DNA of 64,000 nt, taken from Heptranchias perlo. Its lineage: Eukaryota. A program made the translations under genes and the position numbers. The DNA lies in NCBI RefSeq assembly GCF_035084215.1, contig NC_090357.1:8370001-8434000 (forward strand), given 5' to 3'. Under the pieces are notes generated by a model. The model did not search any database, was not told where the DNA came from, and saw only the letters and a program-made list of their open reading frames with translations. Within the stretch, counting starts at the first letter, position 1. Every line of letters begins with the position of its first letter. Shown piece after piece: positions 51,688 through 64,000 of the stretch.

Positions 51688-53134
51688 AGAATCATAGAAT
51701 CATAGAAAATTTATGACACAAAAGGAGGCCATTCGACCCATTGTGTCCACGCCGGCTGAAAATGAGCCACCCGGCCTAATCCCACTTTCCAGCACTTGAT
51801 CCGTAGCCTTGTAGGTTACGGCACTTCAGGTGTTTATCCAGGTACTTTGTAAATGAGTTGAGGATTTCTGCCTCTACCACCCTTTCAGGCAGTGAATTCC
51901 AGACCCCCATCACCCTCTGGGTGAAAAAGTTTTTCCTCAGCTCCCCTCTAACCCTTCTACCAATCACTTTAAATCTATGCCCCCTGGTTATTGACCTCTC
52001 TGCTAAGGGAAATAGGCCCCTCATAATTTTGTACACCTCAATTAAATCACTCCTCAGCCTCCTCTGTTCCAAAGAAAACAATCCCAGCGTATCCACCTTT
52101 CCTCATAGCTAAAATTCTCCAGTCTTGGCAACATCCTCATAAATCTCCTCTGTATCCTCTCTTGTGCAAATACATCCTTCCTGTAATGTGGTGAACAGAA
52201 CTATACGCTGTACTCAAGCTGTGGCCTAACCGACGTTTTATACAGTTCCAGCATAACCTCCCTGCTCTTATATTCTGTGCCTCGGCTAATAAAGGAAAGT
52301 ATCCCGTGTGCCTTCTTAACCACTTTATCTACTTGTGCTGCTACCTTCAGGGATCTGTGGACATGCACTCCAAGGTCCCTCACTTCCTCTACATCTCTCA
52401 GTATCCTCCCATTTATTGTGTATTCCCTTGCCTTATTTGCCCTCCACAAATGCTTCTCCAGATTGAATTCCATTTGCCACTTTTCTGCCCACCTGACCAG
52501 TCCATTAATATCTTCTTGCAGTCTACAGCTTTCCTCTTCACTATCAACCACACAACCAATTTTTGCATCATCTGCAAACTTCTTCATCGTGCCCCCTACA
52601 TTTAAGTCCAAATCATTAATATATACCACAAAAAGCAAGGGACCTGGTACTGAGCCCTGCGGAACCCCATCGGAAACAGCCTTCGAGTCACAAAAATACC
52701 CATCGACCATTACCCTTTGCTTCCTGCCACTGAGCCAATTTTGGATCCAACGTGCCACTTTCCCTTGGATCCCATGGGCTTGTACTTTTTTGACCAGTGT
52801 GCCATGTGTGACCTTGTCAAAAGCCATGTAAACTACATCAAATGCACTACCCTCATCGACATTCCTTGTTACCCCCTCAAAAAATTCAATCAAGTTAGTC
52901 AGACACGGCCTTCCCTTAACAAATCCATGCTGACTATCCTTGATTACTCCGTGCTTTTCTAAGTGACGGTTTATCCTGTCCCTCAGAATTGATTCCAATA
53001 ATTTGCCCACCATCGAGGTTAGACTGACTGGCCTGTAATTACACAGTCTATCCCTCTCTCCCTTTTTAAACAACGGTACAACGTTAGCAGTCCTGCAATC
53101 CTTCAGCACCACACCTGTATCCAGGGAGGATTGG
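51688..53134 (-). mobile_element. Young 5'-truncated CR1 LINE with RT domain
   Basis: ORF 52201-53112 (NYRPVSLTS, QHGF, VPQGSV, KFADDAK) and ORF 51776-52096. Tail of TTCTATGA repeats. Confidence 0.94.
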
Positions 53135-53154
53135 ATACAGGTGTCTTCTGTACT

Positions 53155-53462
53155 TGAATACTAGGACTAGGGAACATAGCCTAAAAATTAGAGCCAGGAC
53201 TTTCACGAGTGACGTTAGGAGATGCTTCTACATGCAAAGGGTGGTAGAAGTTTGGAATGCTTTTCAGCAAATGGCGATTGATGCTAGCTCAACTGTTAAT
53301 TTAAAATCTGAGATTGATAGATTTATGTTCACCAAAGGTATTAAGGGATACGGGGCTAAAGCTACATTCAAGGGTATATGGAGTTAGGTCACAGATCAAC
53401 CATGATCTTAATGAATGGCGGAACAGGCTCGAGGGGCTAAATGCCCGACTCCTGTTCCTATC
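53155..53462 (+). mobile_element. CR1 3' end inside the Harbinger derivative
   Basis: TRTREHSLKIRA...FYMQRVVEVWN, and UTR gaatggcggaacaggctcgaggggc...ctcctgttccta. Confidence 0.85.
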
Positions 53463-53869
53463 TTCGTGGGCTGGCTGGCTGACAGGCAACAGCAAGGTCA
53501 CCGGCAGAGTGGCAGGGGTGGGACGGGAATGCTATCATCCTGAGAGAGGACAGCAGGTTCATATTCCATGGAGCCACTGCCACTTGTTGCCTCCTGTTAT
53601 GCGACTTCTTCTCCTGCAAGAAAGCAGGACGTGTGTCAGTGAGTGCCGTGCAGGATGTTTGGGTGATGTGCCTGTCATGGTTGAATAGCTGCCAGTGGGT
53701 GACCTGTAAGTTGTGGGTGTGCAGCTTGCAATAGTGGTAATGTGTGAGGGTGAGAGGAAGAGTTGAATACTGATTGAAAGAGTTTGTTGGCATGTGGGTG
53801 ATGGGGGGTGTAGTGCGTGGAGCAGTGGAGGTGGCTGGTGGTGCAGTTGATAGGAGACGCCACGTTCAC

Positions 53870-54086
53870 CTTGACCACTCGTGTCATAGCAGTGAACATC
53901 TTCCTGCGTTGCATCCATGTTTGTGGTGCTATGTGCCTGGCATTAATTTTGTCCCCTACTGCCTCTTCAGCATATGCCTGGAGAGCCTCTTGCCCCCCCT
54001 TAGGATATAAGATGCCCCTCCTTCTGTCCACCTCTTGCGCCAAAGCCTCTAGTGCATCAGCAGAGAACCTTGGTGCACGCTCTCTC
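53870..54086 (-). pseudogene. Harbinger Myb/SANT-like exon 1 remnant
   Basis: RERAPRFSADALEALAQEVDRRRGILYP...INARHIAPQTWMQRRKMFTAMTRVVK followed by a GT donor. Frameshifted. Confidence 0.75.
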
Positions 54087-56589
54087 GCCGGCCTGGTACA
54101 AACTCAGATCAGCAGATTGGTGAGGTCTCGCGTGCGGATTGGAGGATGTGGGATTTAGTAATGCGCAGCTTTTATTCAATGTTTTAACATAACTCTACCA
54201 TTTGTAAACATATGGACGGGACCTGCATCCGTGTTTTACATGTGTAGTGTCTGATCCCTGTTCAGATTCCGTGCAGACCCGTATCTTATATTTTGCAAGC
54301 AAGAGGTGCAGGCTTCCTTTACGTGGTAGTCACTCGCACGATATCGGGGACCCCCTGCTGGTGAGCAGCCGCTGAACAGCACAACTAGGACCGGCTGCTC
54401 GAAGATTTCAGGTAAATGACCAGGCAGCATGAATCTCATATACTGCCTGCATCTCAACGACCGGGCAGGGGTTAACTGCACACCGCAACCCTCCGCGCCC
54501 GGATTCAGGGGTTATCAAATTTAAACCCCTAAAGAGTATATTCAAGACTGAGATCGATAGATTTTTGGACAAGGGATATGGGGATCAGGCGGGCAAGTGG
54601 AGTTGAGGTAGAAGATCAGCCATGATCTTATTGAATGGCGGAGCAGGCTTGAGGGGCCGTATGGCCTACTCCTGCTCCTATTTCTTATGTTCTTATGTAG
54701 TAGTTCCTCAGAATGAATTCTTGAACTTGAGAGAGCCATCAGTGGCGTGAGCAGAGGCTAGCTCACTCCCCACAGGGAAAAGGCTAAAGGAAATCCTCCG
54801 GGGCCACTCTTACAAGTCATAGAATTAATCTGCAGACCAATAGCAGCACAGATATAATTGAAGATCAACTGTCTACCCTTTGGGTATAGTAATGGTGTGT
54901 GTTGCAGGGCAATTTAAAGCAAGAAGGAAAAAGCAGTACGGGGTAATTTAAAAAAAGCAAGATTGCTTGAAGCTGACAGTAGGTTTGTCAATAAAATCAC
55001 ACCTTCCATTTGAAGCAGAAAAGGACACTCAAATGGAATGGTAAAGAATGTGACTTCTTTTGCTTTTAAAACCAAATAGCTGGGATTTCCTATGGAACAA
55101 AGTTTGGATGGCTATTCATACCATCGAACCAGTTTCTTCCACAAGTAATGTACAATTTGCATCATGAACTCTGAAAAGTGCTATTTTCAGCCAAATTGGC
55201 TGCATTTATTTAATCTCCTGAGGGAGGTGAAAAATACCAGCTAAAACATCCAAGAACATAAAGTTTGGTAAAATTTCTCCATGACACTGAAGGCAATCTA
55301 ACAGAACCCCAGATCTAATTCTAACATCACTACAAATACTATTTAAAAAGGGGAAACTTCAATGAAATGAGGCATGAATATGATAAATTAAGAGTAACTA
55401 AAGATGGGAAATTTCTAAAACTATTATTAAAAACACAGCACATGTAGACACGCAAGAAGAGAAAGGGCGAGTTAAGCAAGCAGTCTGCAAAATGCGTGAA
55501 TAGCACAATTAAAATCGAAATAGAACAGAAGAAAAATAGTCTACACAAAGTCTATAGGAAAAAAGTGGGGGAGAACTTTGGAAAGGGTGTAAGGAAATCC
55601 TAAAACAGATTTTAAAAAGTGTGTACAGGTGGCGGAGAAACAAAGGGTGTTAAGTACAATGCAAATATTTTCACTATTGTAACAGAAAAGAGTAGTTAGA
55701 GAATTATAAAGGTTTAAAGTTATGGTGAATTAGAGAGAAAAGAGTCAAAATTTAACAACTGTTAAATAAAAATAACTTGTTTTCTGATATTTGCAGGAAT
55801 CAAATATCCTAAAACATTGTGAAATCAGTGATGTAAAGACAGACTAAAGGGACTGAAGATTGAGCTAGACGGCCTAGATCCTACGGCACTAAAGGATTTT
55901 CAGTGGATAAAGAGACATTAAGGGAATTCAAAATGCAGATCTATGTGGTATGCAAAGTACTAGAGGGATCATCTTGATGGTCTCATCTTTGACTGTTCCT
56001 TTCTTCCATAGATGCTAGTCCCTATTTTAAGAAAGAAGAAATACATTTACCACTTCGCTTTCTGAGGACGTACCTCCAATTTTCCCTCTTCTCCCGCACC
56101 CCCCCCCCCCCCCCACCCCGCTCCAATCCTGCCTATGTGGAGGTACCAGGCAAACACTAGGCACCTCAGGGAGTGGGATATCAAATCTGCATCTCTTCAT
56201 TCCATTGCACCATAGAATGGTACTGCAAAACAATGCTCATTAAACCACATTCATGAAGAAAAACAGATGGCACAAACAAAATAGATCGCAGGTAACAGTG
56301 AAACTTCTATGTTGACCACAATTTATTCAATGTCATTCCCTCACACCTATATCATATTCTCTCCATGTCTTCAATTCACATGTCAAGCTGGGATGAAATC
56401 TTTGAAAACAAGCTAGTTTCGAAGCCTATGAAATGGTTGACGTACTATTTCACAAGAATAACTAGTGTAGCAGACTCCATTTAATAAACCCAATGTCATA
56501 TCCTCCCCCACAGAGGATTACATTTCGCAAAGCAAAATTAATTCCTGTAAAATGCAGTGGTTGAAAAACACAGAACAAATTAACATCTA

Positions 56590-56949
<360 letters not shown>

Positions 56950-57594
56950 TCATCAAGGCCAAAATTTTAATTTTAAAGCTATTTTCCTCTTCATCCTCCC
57001 TCCCACCCTTGCCACTACGTCATCTCCATAAGCCAATACCATGTATGAAATGGTCACAGATTCCTTCACAGCTTCCTTTATAGCTATTTTTATTTCAACC
57101 AATATAAAGCAGAATTGATGCCGAGGAGATGGAAAAAATATTGTTTTTCTTGCCATGGTAAGGTTTTGCTTGGAGGCAAATCCTTCCAACTAGTAACATA
57201 TTTCAGAAATGGCAACCATCACTAGCATCAGTGTTCTGTACACGGTTCAATGCTCTACTCAGGTTGCAGCCGTACTATACAGTGAGACACCAGAGGCCAG
57301 ACAGCTCCAATCAAGCTAGGAGGGAAAAATTGAATAATCTCCCTTTGCCAGGCTGGGCTCTCATACCTCCTGGTAGCTTTTCAAGAGCAACATTTGCAGT
57401 AACCAGAGGAAGTGGCCACCTACAAAGAATAGTGTGACTTCTCAGAGGATAGTATGTACCTTTGACTAAAAAGAAAGGCGACAGTGGTGCCAAACACATC
57501 ATTTAATGTTCTACTAGGCAGTTTTAAGTATAAAGTATATCCATTCCAATTTCATATACAAGATAATATCTAAATTTGTTTTTCAGATGTTGAT

Positions 57595-59130
57595 GACTCA
57601 GGCAAAGCTGCATTTATTGCCCATCCGTGGTTGCCCCAAGAAGGTGGTGGGCTTTCTCCTTGAACTGCTGCAGTCCTTGAGGTGATGGTGCTCCCACAAT
57701 GGTGTTAGGTAGAGAAATCCAGGATTCTTATCGACCAATGAAGGTACAGTGATATATGTCCAAGTCAAGATGACATGTGACTTGGTGAGGGACTTGGAGG
57801 TGATGGTCTTCTTAGTGGTAGGGTCACAGGGAAGGAAAATGCTGCTGAAGTAGCCTTTTAAGTGGCTGCTTTGCATCCTGTAGATTGTACATACTGCAGC
57901 CACAATGAGTCAGTGGTGGAGGGGGTGGATGTTGAGTGAACTGCTCTATCCTGAATGGTGTCAAGCTTCTAGAGTATTATTGCAGCTGCACCCACCCAGA
58001 CAAGTGGTAAGTATTCCATCGCACTCCGGATTTGAGCCTTGCAGATGGCGGAGAGGCTTTGAGGGGTCAGGAGGTGAGCCACTCATCAGCCCCTGTCCTG
58101 CTCTTGTAGCCACGGTGTTGATATGGCTGGTCCAGTTCAGCTTCTAGCCAATGGAAATCCCCAGGATGGTCCAGTGGATGTGGCTGGGCTTTCTCTTACT
58201 CGAGATAGCCATTACCTGGCACTTATTGGCATAAATGTTAGCTACCATTTGTCAGCCCAAGCCTGGATGCTATCCAGGTTTTGTTGTAGGCAGACATGGG
58301 CTGTTTCGTTATCAGAGGAGTTGTAAATGTTGCTGAACACTGTGGAATCGTAGGTGAACAGCCCCACTCCTGACCTTATAACGGAGGTATGGTCATTGAT
58401 GAAGCAGCTGAAGATGGTTGTGCTGAGAACACTTCCCTGAGGAACTCCTGCAGTGATGGTCTGAGGCTGTGATTACTGATCTCCCAACAACCACAACCAT
58501 CTTCCTTTGCGTTAGGTATGACACCAGACATTGAAGCATTTTCCCTTTGAACCCAAGTCACTTCAGTTTTGCTAAGGCTCCTTGGTGCCATACTTAGTCA
58601 AATGCTGCCTTGATGTTGAGGGCAGCTACTCTTACCTCTCCTCTGGCATTCATCTCTTGTGTCCATGTCTGGATCAAGGTTGTGATGAGGTCTCGTGCTG
58701 AGTGGTTCTGATGGAACCCGAACTGAGCATCGGTGAGCAGGTTATTGATAGTAGGTGTTGCTTGGCACTATTGATGACTTCTTCCATCACTTTACTGATG
58801 ATTGGAAGGATGTTGATAGGATGATAATGGCCAGGTTAGATTTGTCCTGTTTTTATATTCTTGACCAATCTTCCACTTTGTCGAGTAGATGCCAGTGTCA
58901 TATAGTTGTACTGGAACAATTTGGCTAGAGCAGCAGCTAGCTCTGGTGCACAGGTCTTCAGCCCTACAGCTGGTGTGTCCTCAGGGCTCATAGCCTTTGC
59001 TGTATCCAGTGCACTTAGCCACTTTGTAATGTTATGTGGAGTGAACTGAATTTGTTGCACACTGGTATCTATAATGGTGGGGACCTCAGGAGGAGGCAGA
59101 ATAGGATCACCCACTCTGTACTTTTGGTTG
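57595..59130 (-). mobile_element. Older family-B CR1-clade LINE
   Basis: ALDTAKAMSPEDTPAVGLKTCAPELAAALAKLFQ, gcaggagttcctcaggg, AAVCTIYRM, and 3' UTR gatgggcaataaatgc. Confidence 0.88.
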
Positions 59131-59966
59131 ATTACACTTCTGTAATTATATTATTTTAAAACCGTATAAAGGTAGCCTAGCAACTATAAATCTGAAGGAT
59201 TGGACTATCAGCTAGCAAACAAAAATTCTGAACCCTTCCCTTGACTAAAATCTGTAGGTTCTCTCTTTATGGGCTACTGCAATATGAGTATCCCTGCCTG
59301 CACTTAGTTTGAGGCCCTATTTAGTGCTGTTTAATGTTGCAATATTTCAGCAGGTAAAATGTTAAAAATTACTATATCTTGGGATGGGGGGTGTGCATTT
59401 GTAAATAGAACCTTCCCACTTCTACATCCCAAAGCAGCTTTAATACTTATATGCAAATGCAGCGCATGCTATGGCGCAGAAATCACCGTATCATTTTCAT
59501 TACAAACTTCCTTTCTAAGTGTAAAGCTTTTGTGGAAATTATTACTAATTGAGAGCATTTAGTCTGTCTGTTCAAAATGTACTTCAGTGCTGTACTGAAT
59601 TAAACAAAACATGTGAAAATCTTTAAGCCACTTTCCTGGGAGCATTCACAAATATGTATTGAAAATCTTTTTACATTATTTCCCTACCCTCTCCTTCCAA
59701 AAATTGCAAGGCATGACTGGCTCCCAAATTATGATTAATTTACTGTATATAATGCAAAACCACTCAGGTAACAAGTAAGATGCATTCAGGGTCAATTGTT
59801 TTATACTTGTACAACAGTTTTACGATCGGCCAGACCTAGAAGCAGTTTGTTATTCTATTAATCAATACTGACTTTTCTGTAATGTGGAGATGCCGGTGAT
59901 GGACTGGGGTTGACAATTGTAAACAATTTTACAACACCAAGTTATAGTCCAGCAATTTTATTTTAA

Positions 59967-60007
59967 ATTCACAAGCTTTCGGAGGCTTCCTCCTTCCTCA
60001 GGTGAAT
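59967..60007 (-). ncRNA. Minimal type I hammerhead ribozyme motif, inverted copy (sense to SIK3)
   Basis: Exact reverse complement of 60926-60966. Confidence 0.75.
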
Positions 60008-60350
60008 GTTGTGGAAATGAAATCCTCGAAATGAAATCGCATTTATAAATCACAGAACAATGCTTGGTGATTACAGACAGTTTTTTCAACTGCCCGTTGC
60101 CAAGGCAATCAGTGTGCAGACAGACAGGTGTTACCTACAAGGTCTCCGAATATACAAATCACCAAAAAAAAAAGAGATAGAGAGGTAGAAACATAGAAAA
60201 GACAGCAACTGACCCGTTATATTAGAAACAGATAACATTTGTTCGCTGGTGGGGTAACGTGTAGCGTGACATGAACCCAAGATCCCGGTTGAGGCCGTCC
60301 TCATGGGTGCGGAACTTGGCTATTAATTTCTGCTCGACGATTTTGCGTTG

Positions 60351-60710
60351 TCGTGTGACTCGGCCAACGTTGTCTACCTCATACGTTGCAGGAAAGGATG
60401 CCCCAGAGCATGGTACATTGGCTAGACCATGCAGACGCTGCGACAACGGATGAACAGACACCGCGCAACAATCACCAAACAGGAGGGTTCCCTCCCAGTC
60501 GGGGAACACTTCAGCAGTCAAGGACATTCAGCCACCGACCTTCGGGTAAGCGTACTCCAAGGCGGCCTTCGAGACACACGACAACGCAAAATCGTCGAGC
60601 AGAAATTGATAGCCAAGTTCCGCACCCATGAGGACGGCCTCAACCGGGATCTTGGGTTCATGTCACGCTACACGTTACCCCACCAGCGAACAAATGTTAT
60701 CTGTTTTTAA
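60351..60710 (+). pseudogene. PLE GIY-YIG endonuclease domain, 5'-truncated with a premature stop
   Basis: SCDSANVVYLIRCRKGCPRAWYIG*TMQTLRQRMNRHR...PVGEHFS...GH...RKIVEQKLI...GLNRD. TAG at 60423-60425. Confidence 0.88.
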
Positions 60711-60925
60711 TATAACGGGTCAGTTGCTGTCTTTTCTATGTTTCTACCTCTCTATCTCTTTTTTTTTTGGTGATTTGTATATTCGGAGACCTTGTAGGTA
60801 ACACCTGTCTGTCTGCACACTGATTGCCTTGGCAACGGGCAGTTGAAAAAAACTGTCTGTAATCACCAAGCATTGTTCTGTGATTTATAAATGCGATTTC
60901 ATTTCGAGGATTTCATTTCCACAAC

Positions 60926-60966
60926 ATTCACCTGAGGAAGGAGGAAGCCTCCGAAAGCTTGTGAAT
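60926..60966 (+). ncRNA. Minimal type I hammerhead ribozyme motif in the PLE terminal repeat
   Basis: ATTCAC-CTGAGGA-A-GGAGG-AAG-CCTCC-GAAA-GCTT-GTGAAT: 6-bp stem I, CUGANGA and GAAA cores, 5-bp stem II, palindromic AGCU in place of stem III. Confidence 0.75.
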
Positions 60967-61504
60967 TTAAAATAAAATTGCTGGACTATAACTTGGTGTT
61001 GTAAAATTGTTTACAACTTTTCTGTACAAAGCTCTTCCACGTCTCACACCAAAGAATGGTTGTTTATTTCCATCAAAGGAAATTCTGCTTCGCAAACAAA
61101 AAAGTCTCCAAGCAAGATGCTACTGAATGCACCAAATGCTCTCACACCATCAAAAATCCCAAAGTATTCCAACACCTATATCTGCTAATGTTACATCACA
61201 GCTTTCAATATAAATGAAGCTGCACCTCTGCCGCTGGAGGAGCTTGTAATCAAATCAGTAGGCTCTCCAGAAGTGGCAGTGTCTCCAGTGGGGAACTTAA
61301 ATGGACTGCGATACAGGACACCACTGAAGAGTATTTTTATGACCATGGGCAGGCCAAGTTCTAATAAGCAAAGTGAATTTTGAACCATTGTTTTTCAGTT
61401 GTCGCTGATGTTCTGAAATCTACTGTGCAAAGTAACTGGAAGCTACAAAGAACTTTTTTTTTTAAAGTAGAGAACAGGGTCAATTGGCCTTTCTTGTCTG
61501 TGCT

Positions 61505-64000
61505 AACATAAGAATATAAGAAATAGGAGCAGGAGTAGGCCACATGGCCCCTCAAGCCTGCTCTGCCATTCAATCAGATCATGGCTGATCTTCAACCTCA
61601 ACTCCACTTTGCTGCCCGATCGCCATATCCCTTGATTCACCAAGAGTCCAGAAATCTATCTACCTATCTCAGCCTTGAATATATTCAACGACTCAGCATC
61701 CACAGGCCTCTGGGGTAGAGAATTCCAAAGATTCACAACCCTTTGAGTGAATAAATTCCTCCTCATCTCAGTCTTAAATGGCCTGCGACTATGTCCCCTA
61801 GTTCTAGACTCTCCAACCAGGGGAAACCACCTCTCAGCATCTACCCCTCTCAAGCCCCCTCAGAATCTTATATGTTTCAATGAGATCACCTCTCATTCTT
61901 CTAAACTCCAGAGAGTATAGGCCCATTCTACTCAACCTCTCCTCATAGGACAACCCTCTCATCCCAGGAATTAATTTAGTGAACCTTTGTTGCACCGCCT
62001 CTAAGGCGAGTATATCCTTTCTTCGGTAAGGAGACCAAAACTGTACGCAGTACTCTGGGTGAGGTCGCAGCAAAGCCCTGTATAACTGTAGTACAACTTC
62101 CTTACTCTTGTACTCCAACCCCCTAGCAATAAAGGCCAACATGCCATTTGCTTTCCTAATTGCCTGCTGTACCTGCAAGCTAACTTTTTGTGTTTCTTGT
62201 ACCAGGACACCCAGATTTCTCTGAACACCAACATTTACTAGTTTCTCACCATTTAAAAAACGTTCTGTTTTTCTATTCTTCCTACCAAAGTGAATAACCT
62301 CACATTTCCCCACATTACATTCCATCTGCCACCTCCTTGCCCATTCACTTAACCTGTCTATATCCCTTTGCAGACTCTGTGTCCTCCTCACAGCTTACTT
62401 TACCACCTAGCTTTGTATCAGCAGCAAACTTGGATACATTACACTCAGTCCCTGCATCTAAGTTATTAATATAGATTGTAAATAGCTGAGGCCTAAGCAC
62501 CGATTCTTGCGGCATCCCAATAGGTACAGCCTGCCAAACTGAAAATGACCCGTTTATCCCTACTCTCTGTTTTCAGTCCATTAACCAATCCTCTATCCAT
62601 GCTAATATATTACCACCAACCCCATGAGCCCTTATCTTGCGTAACAACCTTATGTGGCACCTTATCGAATGCCTTTTGAAAATCCAAATATACTACATCC
62701 ACTGGTTCCCCTTTATCTACTCTGCTAGTTACATCCTCAAAAAACTCTAATAAATTTGTCAAACACGATTTCCCTTTCATAACACCATGTTGACTCTGCC
62801 TAATCATATTATGATGTTCTAAGTACCCTATTACCACTTCCTTAATAATGGATTCCAGTATTTTCCCAACGACTGATATCAGGCTAACTGGCCTGTAGTT
62901 CCTTGTTTTCTCTCTCCTTCCTTTCTTGAATAGCAGGGTTACATTTGCTACCTTCCAATCCGGTGGGACCGTTCCAGAACCTAGGGAACTTTGGAAGATC
63001 ATAACCAATGAATCCAGTATCTCTGCAGCCACCTCTTTTAGAACCCTAGGATGTAGGCCATCAGGTCCAGGGGATTTATCGGCTTTTAGTCCCATTAGTT
63101 TCTCTAGTATTTTTTCTCTACTGATATTAATTACTTTTAAGTTCCTCACTCTCATTAGCCCCTTGGTTTCCCATTATTTCTGGTATGCTTTTTGTGCCTT
63201 CTACTGTGAAGACAGATACAAAATATTTGTTTAACGCATCTGCCATTTCCTGATTCCCCATTATAATTTCTCCTGTCTCAGCCTCTAAGGGACCAACATT
63301 TATTTTTGCTACTCTCTTCCTTTTTACATACTCGTAGAAGCTCTTACAATCCGTTTTTATAATTCTTGCCAGCTTACTTTCATATTCTATTTTCTCCCTT
63401 TTTATCAATATTTTGGTCACCTTTTCTGATTTCTAAAACTCTCCCAATCCTCAGGCTTACTTCTCTCCTTGGGAACATTATAGGCCTCTTCTTTTAATCT
63501 GATACAATCCTTAACTTCTTTAGTTAGCCACAGACAGATCACTTTTCCCCTGGAGTTTTTATTTCTCAATGGAATGTATGTTTGTTGAGACTATTGAAAT
63601 ATTTCTTTAAATGTTTGCCATTGTTTATCAACCATCATACCCTTTAATCTAATTTCCCAATCTACTTTAGGCAACTCGCTCTTCATAGCTATGTATTTGG
63701 CTTTATTTTAAGACTCCAGTTTTTGACATTAAGTATGTCATTCTCAATCTCAATGTGAGATTCTATCATATTATGATCACTCTGCCCCAAAGGATCCTTT
63801 ACTGTGAGATTACTAATTAACTCTGTCTCATTATACAATATAAGATCTAAAATAGCCTGTTCCCCAGTTGGTTCCATAACGTATTGTTCTAGGAAACCAT
63901 CTCGAATGCATTCCATTAACTCGTCCTCCAGACTACCTTTGCCAATTTGATTTGCCCAGTCTATATGAAGATTAAAGTCCCACACAATTACTGCATTACC
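61505..64000 (-). mobile_element. Long CR1 LINE (APE C-terminus plus RT), continuing beyond the window
   Basis: Fragmented ORF2: DFN...LDLIL...SDHN (63689-63985), KSPGPDGLHPRVLKE, NYRPVSL, YLDFQKAFDKVPH, CVQFWSP. Tail of TTCTTATG-like repeats at 61505-61525. Confidence 0.95.

Larger units (their letters stand above)
51340..54529. mobile_element. Non-autonomous Harbinger derivative of a different family, containing two CR1 pieces
   Basis: CpG-rich termini, TATTTAAA at about 51607, Myb remnant at 53870-54086, right end aaatttaaacccc. Left TIR not found. Confidence 0.7.
51281..54698 (+). mobile_element. CR1 3' fragment split by a Harbinger derivative (pieces about 51281-51335 and 54533-54698)
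   Basis: Left piece ERLSRMGLYSLEFRR. Right piece atattcaagactgagatcgatagattttt and UTR ending tttcttatgttcttatgt. Confidence 0.7.
59882..61016. mobile_element. Penelope-like element (PLE) with inverted terminal repeats, 35-nt tail and TSD
   Basis: Arms 59917-60357 and 60575-61016 (about 3 differences by eye), unpaired tail 59882-59916, TSD CTTTTCTGTA at 59872-59881 and 61017-61026, GIY-YIG coding sequence. Confidence 0.93.

Noticed and set aside
60222-60527. 101-aa minus-strand ORF sharing its C-terminus with 60429-60710
   Set aside because: It is a chimeric by-product of the inverted repeat, not a separate gene.

Overview
Vertebrate genomic DNA, most likely a cartilaginous fish (shark). 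That assignment is inferred from the repeat repertoire: abundant CR1 LINEs, Penelope-like elements, Harbinger transposons and ancient SINEs. The window lies inside the SIK3 (salt-inducible kinase 3) gene on the minus strand. Three kinase-domain exons are present (56595-56756, 18664-18788, 17683-17806), all with GT/AG sites and compatible phases, and the rest is intron. The introns contain: (1) a structurally complete 4.26-kb PIF/Harbinger transposon (16-bp TIRs, ATT TSD, frameshifted DDE transposase, convergent 3-exon Myb/SANT gene), plus deleted and ancient relatives; (2) a young Penelope-like insertion forming a ~441-bp inverted repeat, with a minimal hammerhead ribozyme motif in each arm, a 35-nt tail and a 10-bp TSD, plus two miniature relatives, one a perfect 74-bp palindrome; (3) many nested CR1 insertions with readable junctions; (4) ancient SINEs, MITEs and simple repeats. 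I found no prokaryotic systems, CRISPR arrays, tRNA or rRNA genes. Repeat family names come from recalled consensus similarity and need a Dfam/Repbase check. Boundaries of old repeats are approximate.
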